Source of the DNA: a virus
Reading direction: 5' to 3' (one strand)
IMG/VR virus record: IMGVR_UViG_3300025327_000027
Location: 3,314 to 67,313 of that record
Length of the DNA: 64,000 bases
The translations under genes and the position numbers were made by a program. Of this stretch, positions 1 to 8,607 are shown one piece after another; the first letter of the stretch is position 1; each line of letters begins with the position of its first letter. The notes below the pieces were generated by a model. That model saw nothing but the letters and a program-made list of their open reading frames with translations. It had not been told where the DNA came from and made no database searches.

Positions 1-73
1 CCTTGATTAGTAAGAGGGAGAAGAGCAAGTAATGTGCCAAGATGCTGGCATGAAGGATGCAAGCTAGAGTAGT

Positions 74-591
74 GTGACATTTATATCACACTTTCGTGAT
101 CTTTTCGTGATATAAATGTCACACTTTCGTAATATGTTCGTGACGCTTATGTCACACCAAATAGAGGGGATACTTGGACTAATGCCTAATATTTAGGCAG
201 ACCGTCAGTATATCCATATGACCAGTATTTCCCCACAAATAGCAACAAGCGCGAGAATGCTGAGGATATACGCACGCTTAGAGGGGAGAGATGCGTGGAT
301 ATTGCGCGAAATGTTGCATAGGGGGGGTGGGCCTATTGACGTCGGCCTCGCTGTGATTATATCATCACATACACACGGGATGCTAAAAAGTGTGGACCTA
401 TGCCAATTCAGATACTTAGCGTGACATTTATGTCACACCACTACCCGTAGTGGGTCCTTTGTAGTTATACACCACCTGTTGTTGTTCAGAGTGGAATCGT
501 GCAAAGGGGGCGAAATCGGGCCGTTCCGGCCCATATCGCGATCAGGTACTTAGCGTGACATTTATGTCACACCATTACCTGTAATGGGTCC
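74..591. repeat. Non-coding array of six GTGA-N8-TCAC palindromes, including 33-bp tandem units and a 45-bp direct repeat
   Basis: Copies at 74, 107, 140, 353, 421 and 555. 71-89 and 107-125 form a perfect 19-bp inverted repeat. 413-457 and 547-591 are near-identical direct repeats. Confidence 0.85.
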
Positions 592-757
592 ATCAGTCGT
601 GCTATTGCCTTACATCAGAGCCGTTTCTCTGTATAGTCGTAAGTCTTTGGATTGAACAGAGGGATGCCTTGTTGCAGCGTATCAAATGATGTCTTCCTCG
701 GTTGTATACTGCGTTGGTCATCTCTGCTGATGGAATTGTCTTTGACTTGTCGGTGAA

Positions 758-1066
758 TCAAGTCTCCAGCCCGTCCTTCATGAACGACATAGCGTTCATG
801 AGGTGCTCATATACATCTACAGGCATTGTCTCCTTACAAGAGTTGCAGTACACCTTGCCTACCGTGATCTGAATGAGACCCCGTAGGCCACAAGGTAAGT
901 GTACCCCCCATACGATCGTGGTCTTTACAGGCAAGAGCATCTCGTTCCACTCCCGCTTATCGGGATCGTACACTCTCTCGACGTTATCCACCTGCACTTC
1001 TTTCAAGGTCCAGCCTTGGAAAGGATAGATGTCATAATACCTTAAATTGTTCTTTAGCTTACTCAT
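758..1066 (-). CDS. Hypothetical protein with HxxC/CxxC (zinc-ribbon-like)
   Basis: 102-aa ORF abutting the next minus-strand ORF; HLPC and CNSC motifs. Confidence 0.6.
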   Translation of the reverse strand: MSKLKNNLRYYDIYPFQGWTLKEVQVDNVERVYDPDKREWNEMLLPVKTTIVWGVHLPCGLRGLIQITVGKVYCNSCKETMPVDVYEHLMNAMSFMKDGLET

Positions 1067-1067
1067 A

Positions 1068-1418
1068 CTATTGCTTTGGATCGGCTAGTCGCCATAACTC
1101 GATTGCCTTTGAAAAGTAGTCCTGAACCTCCCACGGCATCTCCTTGCCGCAGGTTTGACACCACCGCTTTAGGAAGCCCTTGTACCAGCCCCAGTTGTTT
1201 TTCTTCAAATGGGGAGGGTGGGTTCTTACAGGGCCGCGTTTTTCGTGCTCTTCATAGTGCTGAAAGGCATAGATCTCCGTTTTCTTGTATGGCGTGAAGT
1301 TCTGATTGCCCTTAGGTGTGATGATTTTGTCACGCAGTTGTATTCGCCACCCCTGGTAGTCAAAAAACATTAGCGAGCCCACCGCTCTCGGCAATTTGCA
1401 AGACTCCAGGAAAAACAC
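1068..1418 (-). CDS. Hypothetical protein, probable paralog of 758-1066
   Basis: Shares (F/Y)QGW, CxxCxxxMPxxV and a helical C-terminus with its neighbour. Confidence 0.55.
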   Translation of the reverse strand: MFFLESCKLPRAVGSLMFFDYQGWRIQLRDKIITPKGNQNFTPYKKTEIYAFQHYEEHEKRGPVRTHPPHLKKNNWGWYKGFLKRWCQTCGKEMPWEVQDYFSKAIELWRLADPKQ

Positions 1419-1427
1419 GCCCGCGCA

Positions 1428-1727
1428 TTACTTCGACCTTTGCGGGCTTGTCCGCTTGTAAACTTCTTTGCTACCGATTCTTAGGCCCTCGTAGCCGTGG
1501 ACAGCGACGTTAGCCGCCATCTTACGGTACTCTACTAGAGCACGTTCCAGGAATGGTACAAAGGGATTCTCGTCGGAGAACACAGCGAACGTAGTGTCCT
1601 CTGGTATGTCGTCATGCCGGCACGCCGCGCGAAAGGCAGACGATGCCGCGACCAGCATATCCTCCACGGCAGCGATACTTCCGAGGCGCTCTTGTTCTAC
1701 GAAACCTCGTGAGCGTTTTTTGGCCAC
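1428..1727 (-). CDS. Hypothetical protein
   Basis: 99-aa ORF with GGAAGG-like RBS; first gene of a small leftward operon. Confidence 0.6.
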   Translation of the reverse strand: MAKKRSRGFVEQERLGSIAAVEDMLVAASSAFRAACRHDDIPEDTTFAVFSDENPFVPFLERALVEYRKMAANVAVHGYEGLRIGSKEVYKRTSPQRSK

Positions 1728-1801
1728 TACTTCCTTCCGTTCGGTGCGCTTGGCATAAGGGGAGCTAGAAGAGTATGATACCTTTTACTGAAGGAGTTCA
1801 C

Positions 1802-2020
1802 ATGAAAAACCGCAACAAATACCTGCACTTCCCCGTGACCATCTGGTCACGGGACTGCGATGTACCCGACCATCGAGTCTTCGACGTTGATTATCAGCTT
1901 GTAAAGAATTGCGACTTGTGTTGCGTGTACCCCGAACTATGTCCAGTAGAAGTTGTTCGAGCAGTATTTCATAATATGTGGATGGACCTTCCAGGGGACA
2001 CGGTAATCGAAGACTTTTAA
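1802..2020 (+). CDS. Hypothetical Cys-containing protein
   Basis: AAGGAG RBS before ATG 1802; TATGAT -10-like box upstream. Confidence 0.5.
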   Translation: MKNRNKYLHFPVTIWSRDCDVPDHRVFDVDYQLVKNCDLCCVYPELCPVEVVRAVFHNMWMDLPGDTVIEDF

Positions 2021-2026
2021 CCGTAC

Positions 2027-2044
2027 TAAATAGGGTAAAATAGG
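2027..2044 (+). promoter_or_regulatory. Conserved phage promoter motif TAAATAGGGTAAAATA
   Basis: Same motif recurs ahead of several transcription units (3753, 12940, 16832, 26514, 29333, 43744). Confidence 0.7.
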
Positions 2045-2129
2045 TTATCAGAACGAAAACCGGAGTAACTACTCGGATAAATCGTTAGTGGGATAGTTAC
2101 CCCCTTTCGGTCCCCCATTAAGAGACTAC

Positions 2130-2735
2130 ATGTCGAAGAATCCTTATCCGAATCGTCCATATCCAGTGGGGGTACTATCGTATCCAACCACGAAAGCTAC
2201 AGCTTCTTTTGTGTCCTCGGTCAAAAAGTACGCGCTGTTAGAGTATGGGGAAGCAGAGCTACTGATTGACATCCCCAATCTATTGAACATGGGTGGGGAT
2301 TACCTGAATCTTGGCCACGGTGCCGGAGGTTCAGCACTCCTCTTGGCTCAAGGGCTCGTTGAGACTGACCTGCATGGCGTGGTCCATTCAGTAGACACAT
2401 TCAAGGATCGAACTTGGGGACGGACCGAATCCATGGAAATCGTAGAGTCGTTCCATCTAGGCTCAATCGTCAAACTTTACAAGGCCCGAACGGATCAAAC
2501 GGTTGACCTGTTCAACGATCTGACGTTCGTCTTCATCGACGCTGACCATAGCTACGAAGGCGTGCTACACGATTTTGTCAACTACGCGCCAAAAGTCATC
2601 AAAGGGGGGGCCGTGGCCTTTCACGACACCAACCAGGAACCCTCGAATAGAGTGATTCGCGAGCAGGTATTATCTGATTCATCCTGGCAACTGATGATCC
2701 ACGTTAATAGAATTCAAGTATTTCAGCGGGTCTGA
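2130..2735 (+). CDS. Class I SAM-dependent methyltransferase (Methyltransf_24-like)
   Basis: LGHGAGGS motif I, SVDTF, FVFIDADHSYEGVxxDF, GGAVAFHD. Confidence 0.85.
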   Translation: MSKNPYPNRPYPVGVLSYPTTKATASFVSSVKKYALLEYGEAELLIDIPNLLNMGGDYLNLGHGAGGSALLLAQGLVETDLHGVVHSVDTFKDRTWGRTESMEIVESFHLGSIVKLYKARTDQTVDLFNDLTFVFIDADHSYEGVLHDFVNYAPKVIKGGAVAFHDTNQEPSNRVIREQVLSDSSWQLMIHVNRIQVFQRV

Positions 2736-2886
2736 CAAACCCCAAGCTGCACGATCCTAAGTACGATGAGATCGCTGCCAAGGAGTTCTGCGGAAATCGA
2801 TTCGAAGCCTATAACTGACATTCAGGATGCCGACAATCGAACTGATTCACGAGTTCAAGAAGTACTACATGGTAACGGAGTAATCT

Positions 2887-3441
2887 GTGAAGTTGAACGT
2901 GGGAGATAAGGACTTCTCGGGTATCTATACCGAGGGTGGGTGGCTAACAATTGATGTATCCCCACGAAGTCGAGATAGCCATCGAGACAAGTTTATGGTT
3001 ATGTCGGTGCTGGAAATGCCGTCTAATTGGACCGATTGCTACGAAGAGATCCACATGATCCACTGTTTGGAGCACATTAATCGCAATTTCAGGCAGCAAG
3101 TAGTAAAGGAAATTTACCGGGTGCTCGCACCTGGGGGTATCATTTACATAGAAGTACCTGATTTTGAAAAAACAATTGCTTTTCTCCATGATGCTTTTAT
3201 TCGTGGAGATGAGAAGGTACAACATAATCTTACAACTTCTATATATGGTAAACAAAGATTTCCAGGTGACCAGCACTGCTGGGGGTATACGCGGCATACG
3301 CTAGGGGACCTATTCATCGAAGCGGGGTTCAAGTCTTTCCAGATCGGCCTAGCTGGTCCGGATTATGCAATGGGGGAGGTCAAGATGATCTCCTCGCATT
3401 ATAAACAAGAGCCAGTGCTATTGGTTAAAGGAGTGAAGTGA
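2887..3441 (+). CDS. SAM-dependent methyltransferase-like protein (type often found beside glycosyltransferases)
   Basis: MKLNVG, HCLEHI, EIYRVLAPGGxxxIEVPD. Confidence 0.8.
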   Translation: MKLNVGDKDFSGIYTEGGWLTIDVSPRSRDSHRDKFMVMSVLEMPSNWTDCYEEIHMIHCLEHINRNFRQQVVKEIYRVLAPGGIIYIEVPDFEKTIAFLHDAFIRGDEKVQHNLTTSIYGKQRFPGDQHCWGYTRHTLGDLFIEAGFKSFQIGLAGPDYAMGEVKMISSHYKQEPVLLVKGVK

Positions 3442-3749
3442 TGGACGAAGAGAAGACACCAGAGACACTAACGCCCGAGGAAACGCTTGTTCTACGGGAG
3501 GCGGAAAACGCCGTAAGCGATGAGCAGGGCTTTAAATCTGACGTAGCGAAGACCCGCCAACTGATCGATGCCGGCGAGGTCATGCTATTAATGGCCGTAG
3601 AGGGTAAAGGCGTCACCCCTGTCCCTGTAACTGCCGTTTTTCAGCAGCTTTTTGGCCTTCTAAACCATATAGATCAGCGACTTATTAACCTGGAAGAGAA
3701 GCTGAAGGTGAGTCTCGAAGGGGAGTCTCGAATTTTGACTCTCAATTGA
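3438..3749 (+). CDS. Hypothetical protein
   Basis: 103-aa ORF coupled to the upstream stop; AGGAG RBS. Confidence 0.65.
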   Translation: MMDEEKTPETLTPEETLVLREAENAVSDEQGFKSDVAKTRQLIDAGEVMLLMAVEGKGVTPVPVTAVFQQLFGLLNHIDQRLINLEEKLKVSLEGESRILTLN

Positions 3750-3752
3750 GCC

Positions 3753-3770
3753 GAATAAGGTAAGATAAAG
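3753..3770 (+). promoter_or_regulatory. Promoter motif variant, probably driving a leaderless mRNA
   Basis: ATAAGG-TAAGAT followed 5 nt later by ATG 3772, with no SD. Confidence 0.55.
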
Positions 3771-3771
3771 T

Positions 3772-4122
3772 ATGGGAAAAAAGAACCATAGTTTCGATAC
3801 CTTAGACCAAAGCAACATCAACATCTTGATTGAGTTGATTGTTGATCCCAACACTACGGAAGCTCTGCGCGTACGCATCCTGAACAAGCTCCTAGGTGCC
3901 ACAGAGGCCGATGACTTCTTCGAGACCATCGCCAAGGAGAAGCTGGACTTTGGTCCATGTCCGTGTTGTGGCCACGAGAACGATTGGTTGATTCCGGAAG
4001 AGTCGCTCAATCGTATGGGTATCGTTACACACAAACGAGATGATCGCGTGAAGCGAATGACTACGGAGGCGGATTGCCCTCGTTGGAAGGAAGCTTGCTC
4101 AAAGAAGCGTATTAATATATGA
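3772..4122 (+). CDS. Hypothetical Cys-rich (CPCC) protein
   Basis: 116-aa ORF directly after the promoter motif. Confidence 0.7.
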   Translation: MGKKNHSFDTLDQSNINILIELIVDPNTTEALRVRILNKLLGATEADDFFETIAKEKLDFGPCPCCGHENDWLIPEESLNRMGIVTHKRDDRVKRMTTEADCPRWKEACSKKRINI

Positions 4123-4140
4123 TTGAAAAGTATTTGAGCA

Positions 4141-4779
4141 ATGCCTGATCCAGACGATTTTAAGAGCACTCTAGATGAGCTAGAGAAGGCTATGCTACAG
4201 TCCTTGGGACTAGAGCAACCGGTCAAGCCTCCTATGGTTAGAGCGGGTCCGACCAAGACTCAAGTCAATCTTCCACCAGACAAGACTCCCGAGTACATAA
4301 AGCGAGCCGAAGAGGACGTTCCTCGCATCGCAAGTCTTCGCAGCAAGATGGAAGCTGCGGCTAAGAAGCATCGGGTGCCAGTAGAGTATCTAGCGGGTAT
4401 CGCAAGTCGAGAGTCTCGTGGCGGTAAGGCACTGAACGCCATGGGCTACGATGACGAGAATCAAGACTTCGGCGTCATGCAGGTAAATCAGAACTACCAT
4501 CAATTGGAGGGTACAGATGCCCCCGACTCTCGGGCACACATCGATCAGGCGGCTGGAATCCTTCGGGATAACAAGCGTCAGATGGACAAGAAGTTTCCAA
4601 AGTGGTCGGATGAGGAACGTTGGAGAGCCGCCATTGCGGCTTATAACATGGGGGCCAGCAACGTCAAATCAAGAGAACAAGTGGACAAAGGTACGACCGG
4701 AGGCGATTACAGCCAGGACGTGCTCATCCGAGCGCGAGCGTTCAAGCAGCGTTTTCAGACGAACAAGAGGAAGCCCTAA
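4141..4779 (+). CDS. Goose-type (GH23, LysG-like) lysozyme / endolysin
   Basis: LAGIASRES (catalytic Glu), FGVMQV, KKFPKW, AAYNMG, GTTGGDYSQDVLIRA. Confidence 0.85.
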   Translation: MPDPDDFKSTLDELEKAMLQSLGLEQPVKPPMVRAGPTKTQVNLPPDKTPEYIKRAEEDVPRIASLRSKMEAAAKKHRVPVEYLAGIASRESRGGKALNAMGYDDENQDFGVMQVNQNYHQLEGTDAPDSRAHIDQAAGILRDNKRQMDKKFPKWSDEERWRAAIAAYNMGASNVKSREQVDKGTTGGDYSQDVLIRARAFKQRFQTNKRKP

Positions 4780-5105
4780 TGACCCTCGAACAGGAGCTAC
4801 AACTATTTGAAGATGTCGGTTCAATCAAGGCGGGTATTTCTAACTTGAATAGACTATTGGACGCGCATACTACCCAGGATATGACGCAGTTTTCTGACAT
4901 GACAGAGGCCGTCGAAGCGGTAGATGCTAAGGTGACCAGCATCATCAAGGATCTCGCTATTACGGACGCGGTACGGGCGGAACACGACAAGCACGTCAGT
5001 ACCCTTGCGAACCGTAGAGCGAGCATTGTAGGCTCTATCGCAGGCTTCGTTAGTTCAGCATTCATCACCTGGATACAGATTCACTTTGGAGGAGGCGCCC
5101 GGTGA
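4779..5105 (+). CDS. Holin-like membrane protein
   Basis: Coiled-coil N-terminus plus one C-terminal hydrophobic helix; overlaps the lysozyme stop. Confidence 0.45.
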   Translation: MTLEQELQLFEDVGSIKAGISNLNRLLDAHTTQDMTQFSDMTEAVEAVDAKVTSIIKDLAITDAVRAEHDKHVSTLANRRASIVGSIAGFVSSAFITWIQIHFGGGAR

Positions 5106-5322
5106 GCATCAATCCAGCATTCTCGATGATATTGAACCGTTAATGGCTACGATTGAACAAAAGTTAGAGGACTTCCTAAAGGAACAAGTGCGTGGTGATA
5201 AAAAACCACTGACACTTGAAGAGATTTTCCAGAAGACCTTAGATATGACGACACCTAGCCAGCCTGGTGACGTGCGCAATCTAAAGGAATATGAGAAGAA
5301 GAAGGTGGAAGAATGGTTCTAA
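5086..5322 (+). CDS. Hypothetical protein (start uncertain)
   Basis: Charged ORF filling the gap before terminase. Confidence 0.45.
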   Translation: MEEAPGEHQSSILDDIEPLMATIEQKLEDFLKEQVRGDKKPLTLEEIFQKTLDMTTPSQPGDVRNLKEYEKKKVEEWF

Positions 5323-5390
5323 AGCACGGTATCAATAGAGTAGGCCACCGTCATCCATTGGCAGAATCCTTTGCATTACTAGCATAGGAT

Positions 5391-8300
5391 GTGGTTATGC
5401 GCAAGGGACATCGTAAGCCTCTAACTAAAAAAGAAAAAGCCTTCGCGAAATCTTTGGCTAACGGTACTGGCTCGATTAAAGCCGCTAGATTGTTTTTGAA
5501 ATGGAAGTGCGGTCATGGCACGCCTGAAGCGCAGAAAGCTAAAGACTTAGCCCGAAGCCCACGTATCCGTGAAGAAGTCGATAGACTGAAGAACGTTGAT
5601 AAGGTTGAAGCCGAAGCGGAGATGACAATCGATCAGACTCCAGGCTTCGAGTTGGAAGATTTGCGCAAATTTGCCTATGATCGCCTAAAGATCATCGCTG
5701 AAGACTCAGGTGTCAACCCTTCCGCTCGCTGGAACGCCGTCGAAGCGCTAGAAAAGCTGAATGATCCGAGTAAGGACATCAACCTCATTTACCGCTATAT
5801 TGACATCATGTGGCGCTACTACGAGGGACACTGCCCTGCATGTCACAAGGACTTCCCCCTCTGGAAGATCCAGAACAACAAGCTTGAGGCGTACCGTGAA
5901 GAGAACGGTATCCCACCAAGCTCCCCGATCGAAGATCGATTGGATCGCCGTCTAGCCCTCCTACGAGCGGCTGATCCGGTACGACAGCCTCACCCTGGAC
6001 AGGTGCGAGCGATATCGGCCGCCGAGCGTCATCTTGTTGGTACTGGTCCAGCCCGAGGCGGTAAAGCGACGGCTCCTGATACTCCAATTTTAACTCCTAA
6101 GGGTTTTGTGCGATTTGATTCGTTACGGATTGGCGATACTGTCTTTGATGAAGCAGGACAGCCGTGCCAAGTCATAGGAGAATCCCCTGTATGGAAGACG
6201 GGGGATTGGTATAGAGTCATTTTCGATACAGGTGAGGAGATTATTGCGCATGAGAATCATGAATGGGTAACCCATCAGTATAACTATCGGGAGGCAGTAA
6301 GGAGTCGAAAAGGAACAGCACGTTACGCTAACCGTAAGCGCAACGTAGTTCCGAATCGAATTATCAACAAGCGAATTCGAGCATTGACACCGACCGTGGT
6401 TTCTACCAAAGACATCTTTAACACATGTAAGGCTCGTGAAACTCACACTAATCATGCAATTCCAGTAAGTAACGCAATACAATTCCCTGCTCAAGACTTG
6501 CCTATTGATCCTTATTTATTAGGGGTCTGGTTAGGGGACGATACAGCATTGTCTGGCCAAATTACTATCGCCGATCAACCAATATTAGATAAGTTGCATC
6601 GTCTTGGACATACATATAATAAGATTCAAAGTTCTAAATACTGTTATCGCATTCACGGGTTATATGAAAAGCTAGTGACATTTGATCTGAAATCCAATAA
6701 ACATATCCCACTAAACTATCTGTACAGTTCTTATGAACAGCGTCTTGAGTTATTACGTGGATTAATGGATACTGATGGTTATATCAACAAAAATGGTAAC
6801 TGTGCGTTTTACAATACGAATAAAAACTTGTGCGATGGCGTAATGTTCCTATTAGCGAGTTTAGGAATCAAACGTTCTGTGGAATCTAAAGTAGGCACTT
6901 TATATGGGGTTAAGCATAAAACGTGCTATATTGTCAAGTTTACCACAACAGTGCCGATCTTCTCGTTAGAGCGAAAAGCGAAGCGACTACCTGCGACAGT
7001 TAAATCTAATCAACAATATCATTACATTGTTGACGTTAAGAAGACACAACCAGAGCAGGCTCGGTGTATTGAAGTCAATTCACCTAGTAATCAATATTTA
7101 GTAGGCAAATCTCTAATACCGACGCACAATAGCTTCCTGCTGGGTATGTTCTTGCTGATGTACGGCCTCATCCCAGGCGTAGAGAACTGGCTGCTTGCGC
7201 GCATCTATGAAAACGCCGACAAGGAGTTTCAGTACTATCAGCAGTTCCTCAACGTACTCTTCTACCCTGTAGCCAAGCACATGATGACTGTTCAGGTGGA
7301 CCGCACAGGAGACAGCAGTATCAAGACACGCTGGGGCAACATCACAGAGACCCGATCGGGTAAGGCCAAGGGTTCGATCACAGGTCACGAGCTTGAGATC
7401 ATCGTTGTAGCCGAGCCGGCGTGGGTAGAGGCAAGTCTCTTTGAGGAAGTGCGCGCCCGCATGAGTTCCCGCATGGGACGCATCATCGCGTTCGGTACGC
7501 CTAAGGGCTTCGGTGGCTTCCTGTACCGCATGAAGAAGCTGTCTAACCGTGGCCCGGATGGACACATCCGCAATGCTGAGGAACGCCTGATTCGCAACGG
7601 CTGCCCTTGGAACCAGAGCCTTGCTCAGTTCTCCCTATCACCCGAAGAGAACCCACAGTACGTCATCTCGGAGAAGGAAGCTGCCCGTGGCGAGCTTACG
7701 CGAGAGGAGTACGAATCGGAGTTCGAAGGGAGGATGACATCCGCAGAAGGTGCCCGATTCCCATTGATTCAGGAGCAGCACGTCCAGTCGCTCAATCCGG
7801 GCGTAGTCGAACGCCTGGTGTATGTCCTGGGGATCGACCAGGGACCCAAGAACTTTGGTGGCTGCCTGATCGGTTGGGACGGTCAGCGCATGTACGTTAT
7901 ATGGGAGTTCTTTGATGACACGGAGAAGACCATCAAGGCTAACATGATGGAGATCAATCGCAACCTTCCTGCGGTCATTGCAGCCAAGGGGGGCACCGCA
8001 GAGAATTGGCAATTGACCATCTTTGACTCAGATCCTCCAATCCATGGCATTCTCCTTGAACTAATAGAGGAGCGAAAGACATGGAAGACGGATGAAACGT
8101 ACCGCCCCAAGAACCTGAAGGATTACACCAACTGGCGTGAAGAGACCATGGAGTGGATCAACTACATGGCTGGCCGTGGCTTCCTCATCTTCGACAAGGA
8201 GTGCGACCTTTTACATGAACAGTTGCGTGCAGCTCTCATCAAGCCACTTGACAATCAGAAAGAAAGGCAGACAGGCAATGACAAGGGATGGCTCGTAAAG

Positions 8301-8582
8301 GACCCATGGAGAGGTGACCACGTTATGGATGCCTTCCTGATGGCCTGCTTCTGTATAAAGGAAGAGTTGATTCACATGCCGATGGCAGGCGTGAATCCAA
8401 CCGCACCGTTTGAAGCAGAGCGCCTGCATCAAGAGTATCAACGTATTAACCAGGAACGTAGAGAGCTAACAGGTAAAAATGATAACGAAGCTTGGCGTAT
8501 TGTGTATGGTCACGAGCGCACCTCACCGGCAAAGTTTTGGTATCCACAGAGCTTCCATGTGGATAATAGTGATGAGGGGTAA
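5391..8582 (+). CDS. terL: Terminase large subunit with N-terminal TerS-like extension; contains an intein
   Basis: Walker A GPARGGK|S split by the intein, Walker B IIVVAE, FGTPKG coupling motif, nuclease motifs LGIDQG and DHVMDA. Confidence 0.92.
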   Translation: MVMRKGHRKPLTKKEKAFAKSLANGTGSIKAARLFLKWKCGHGTPEAQKAKDLARSPRIREEVDRLKNVDKVEAEAEMTIDQTPGFELEDLRKFAYDRLKIIAEDSGVNPSARWNAVEALEKLNDPSKDINLIYRYIDIMWRYYEGHCPACHKDFPLWKIQNNKLEAYREENGIPPSSPIEDRLDRRLALLRAADPVRQPHPGQVRAISAAERHLVGTGPARGGKATAPDTPILTPKGFVRFDSLRIGDTVFDEAGQPCQVIGESPVWKTGDWYRVIFDTGEEIIAHENHEWVTHQYNYREAVRSRKGTARYANRKRNVVPNRIINKRIRALTPTVVSTKDIFNTCKARETHTNHAIPVSNAIQFPAQDLPIDPYLLGVWLGDDTALSGQITIADQPILDKLHRLGHTYNKIQSSKYCYRIHGLYEKLVTFDLKSNKHIPLNYLYSSYEQRLELLRGLMDTDGYINKNGNCAFYNTNKNLCDGVMFLLASLGIKRSVESKVGTLYGVKHKTCYIVKFTTTVPIFSLERKAKRLPATVKSNQQYHYIVDVKKTQPEQARCIEVNSPSNQYLVGKSLIPTHNSFLLGMFLLMYGLIPGVENWLLARIYENADKEFQYYQQFLNVLFYPVAKHMMTVQVDRTGDSSIKTRWGNITETRSGKAKGSITGHELEIIVVAEPAWVEASLFEEVRARMSSRMGRIIAFGTPKGFGGFLYRMKKLSNRGPDGHIRNAEERLIRNGCPWNQSLAQFSLSPEENPQYVISEKEAARGELTREEYESEFEGRMTSAEGARFPLIQEQHVQSLNPGVVERLVYVLGIDQGPKNFGGCLIGWDGQRMYVIWEFFDDTEKTIKANMMEINRNLPAVIAAKGGTAENWQLTIFDSDPPIHGILLELIEERKTWKTDETYRPKNLKDYTNWREETMEWINYMAGRGFLIFDKECDLLHEQLRAALIKPLDNQKERQTGNDKGWLVKDPWRGDHVMDAFLMACFCIKEELIHMPMAGVNPTAPFEAERLHQEYQRINQERRELTGKNDNEAWRIVYGHERTSPAKFWYPQSFHVDNSDEG
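6066..7130 (+). mobile_element. Class-3 LAGLIDADG intein (355 aa) in terminase Walker A
   Basis: Starts Ala (ATAPDTPILTP) and ends IPTHN|S; HEW, RCI and PT-HN give the WCT triad; GLMDTDG motif; AT-rich. Confidence 0.92.
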
Positions 8583-8607
8583 ATGAACGCTCCGAAGAGC
8601 GTTCATT
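8582..8607. terminator. Hairpin between convergent genes (probable bidirectional terminator)
   Basis: AATGAACGCTC-CGAA-GAGCGTTCATT, perfect 11-bp stem. Confidence 0.7.

Noticed and set aside
218-424. 68-aa ORF
   Set aside because: Runs through the repeat/G-run region, with no RBS or recognisable protein features.
74-591. CRISPR array or CRP sites
   Set aside because: There is no regular repeat-spacer alternation and no cas genes; TGTGA/TCACA spacing is 8 rather than the 6 of CRP.
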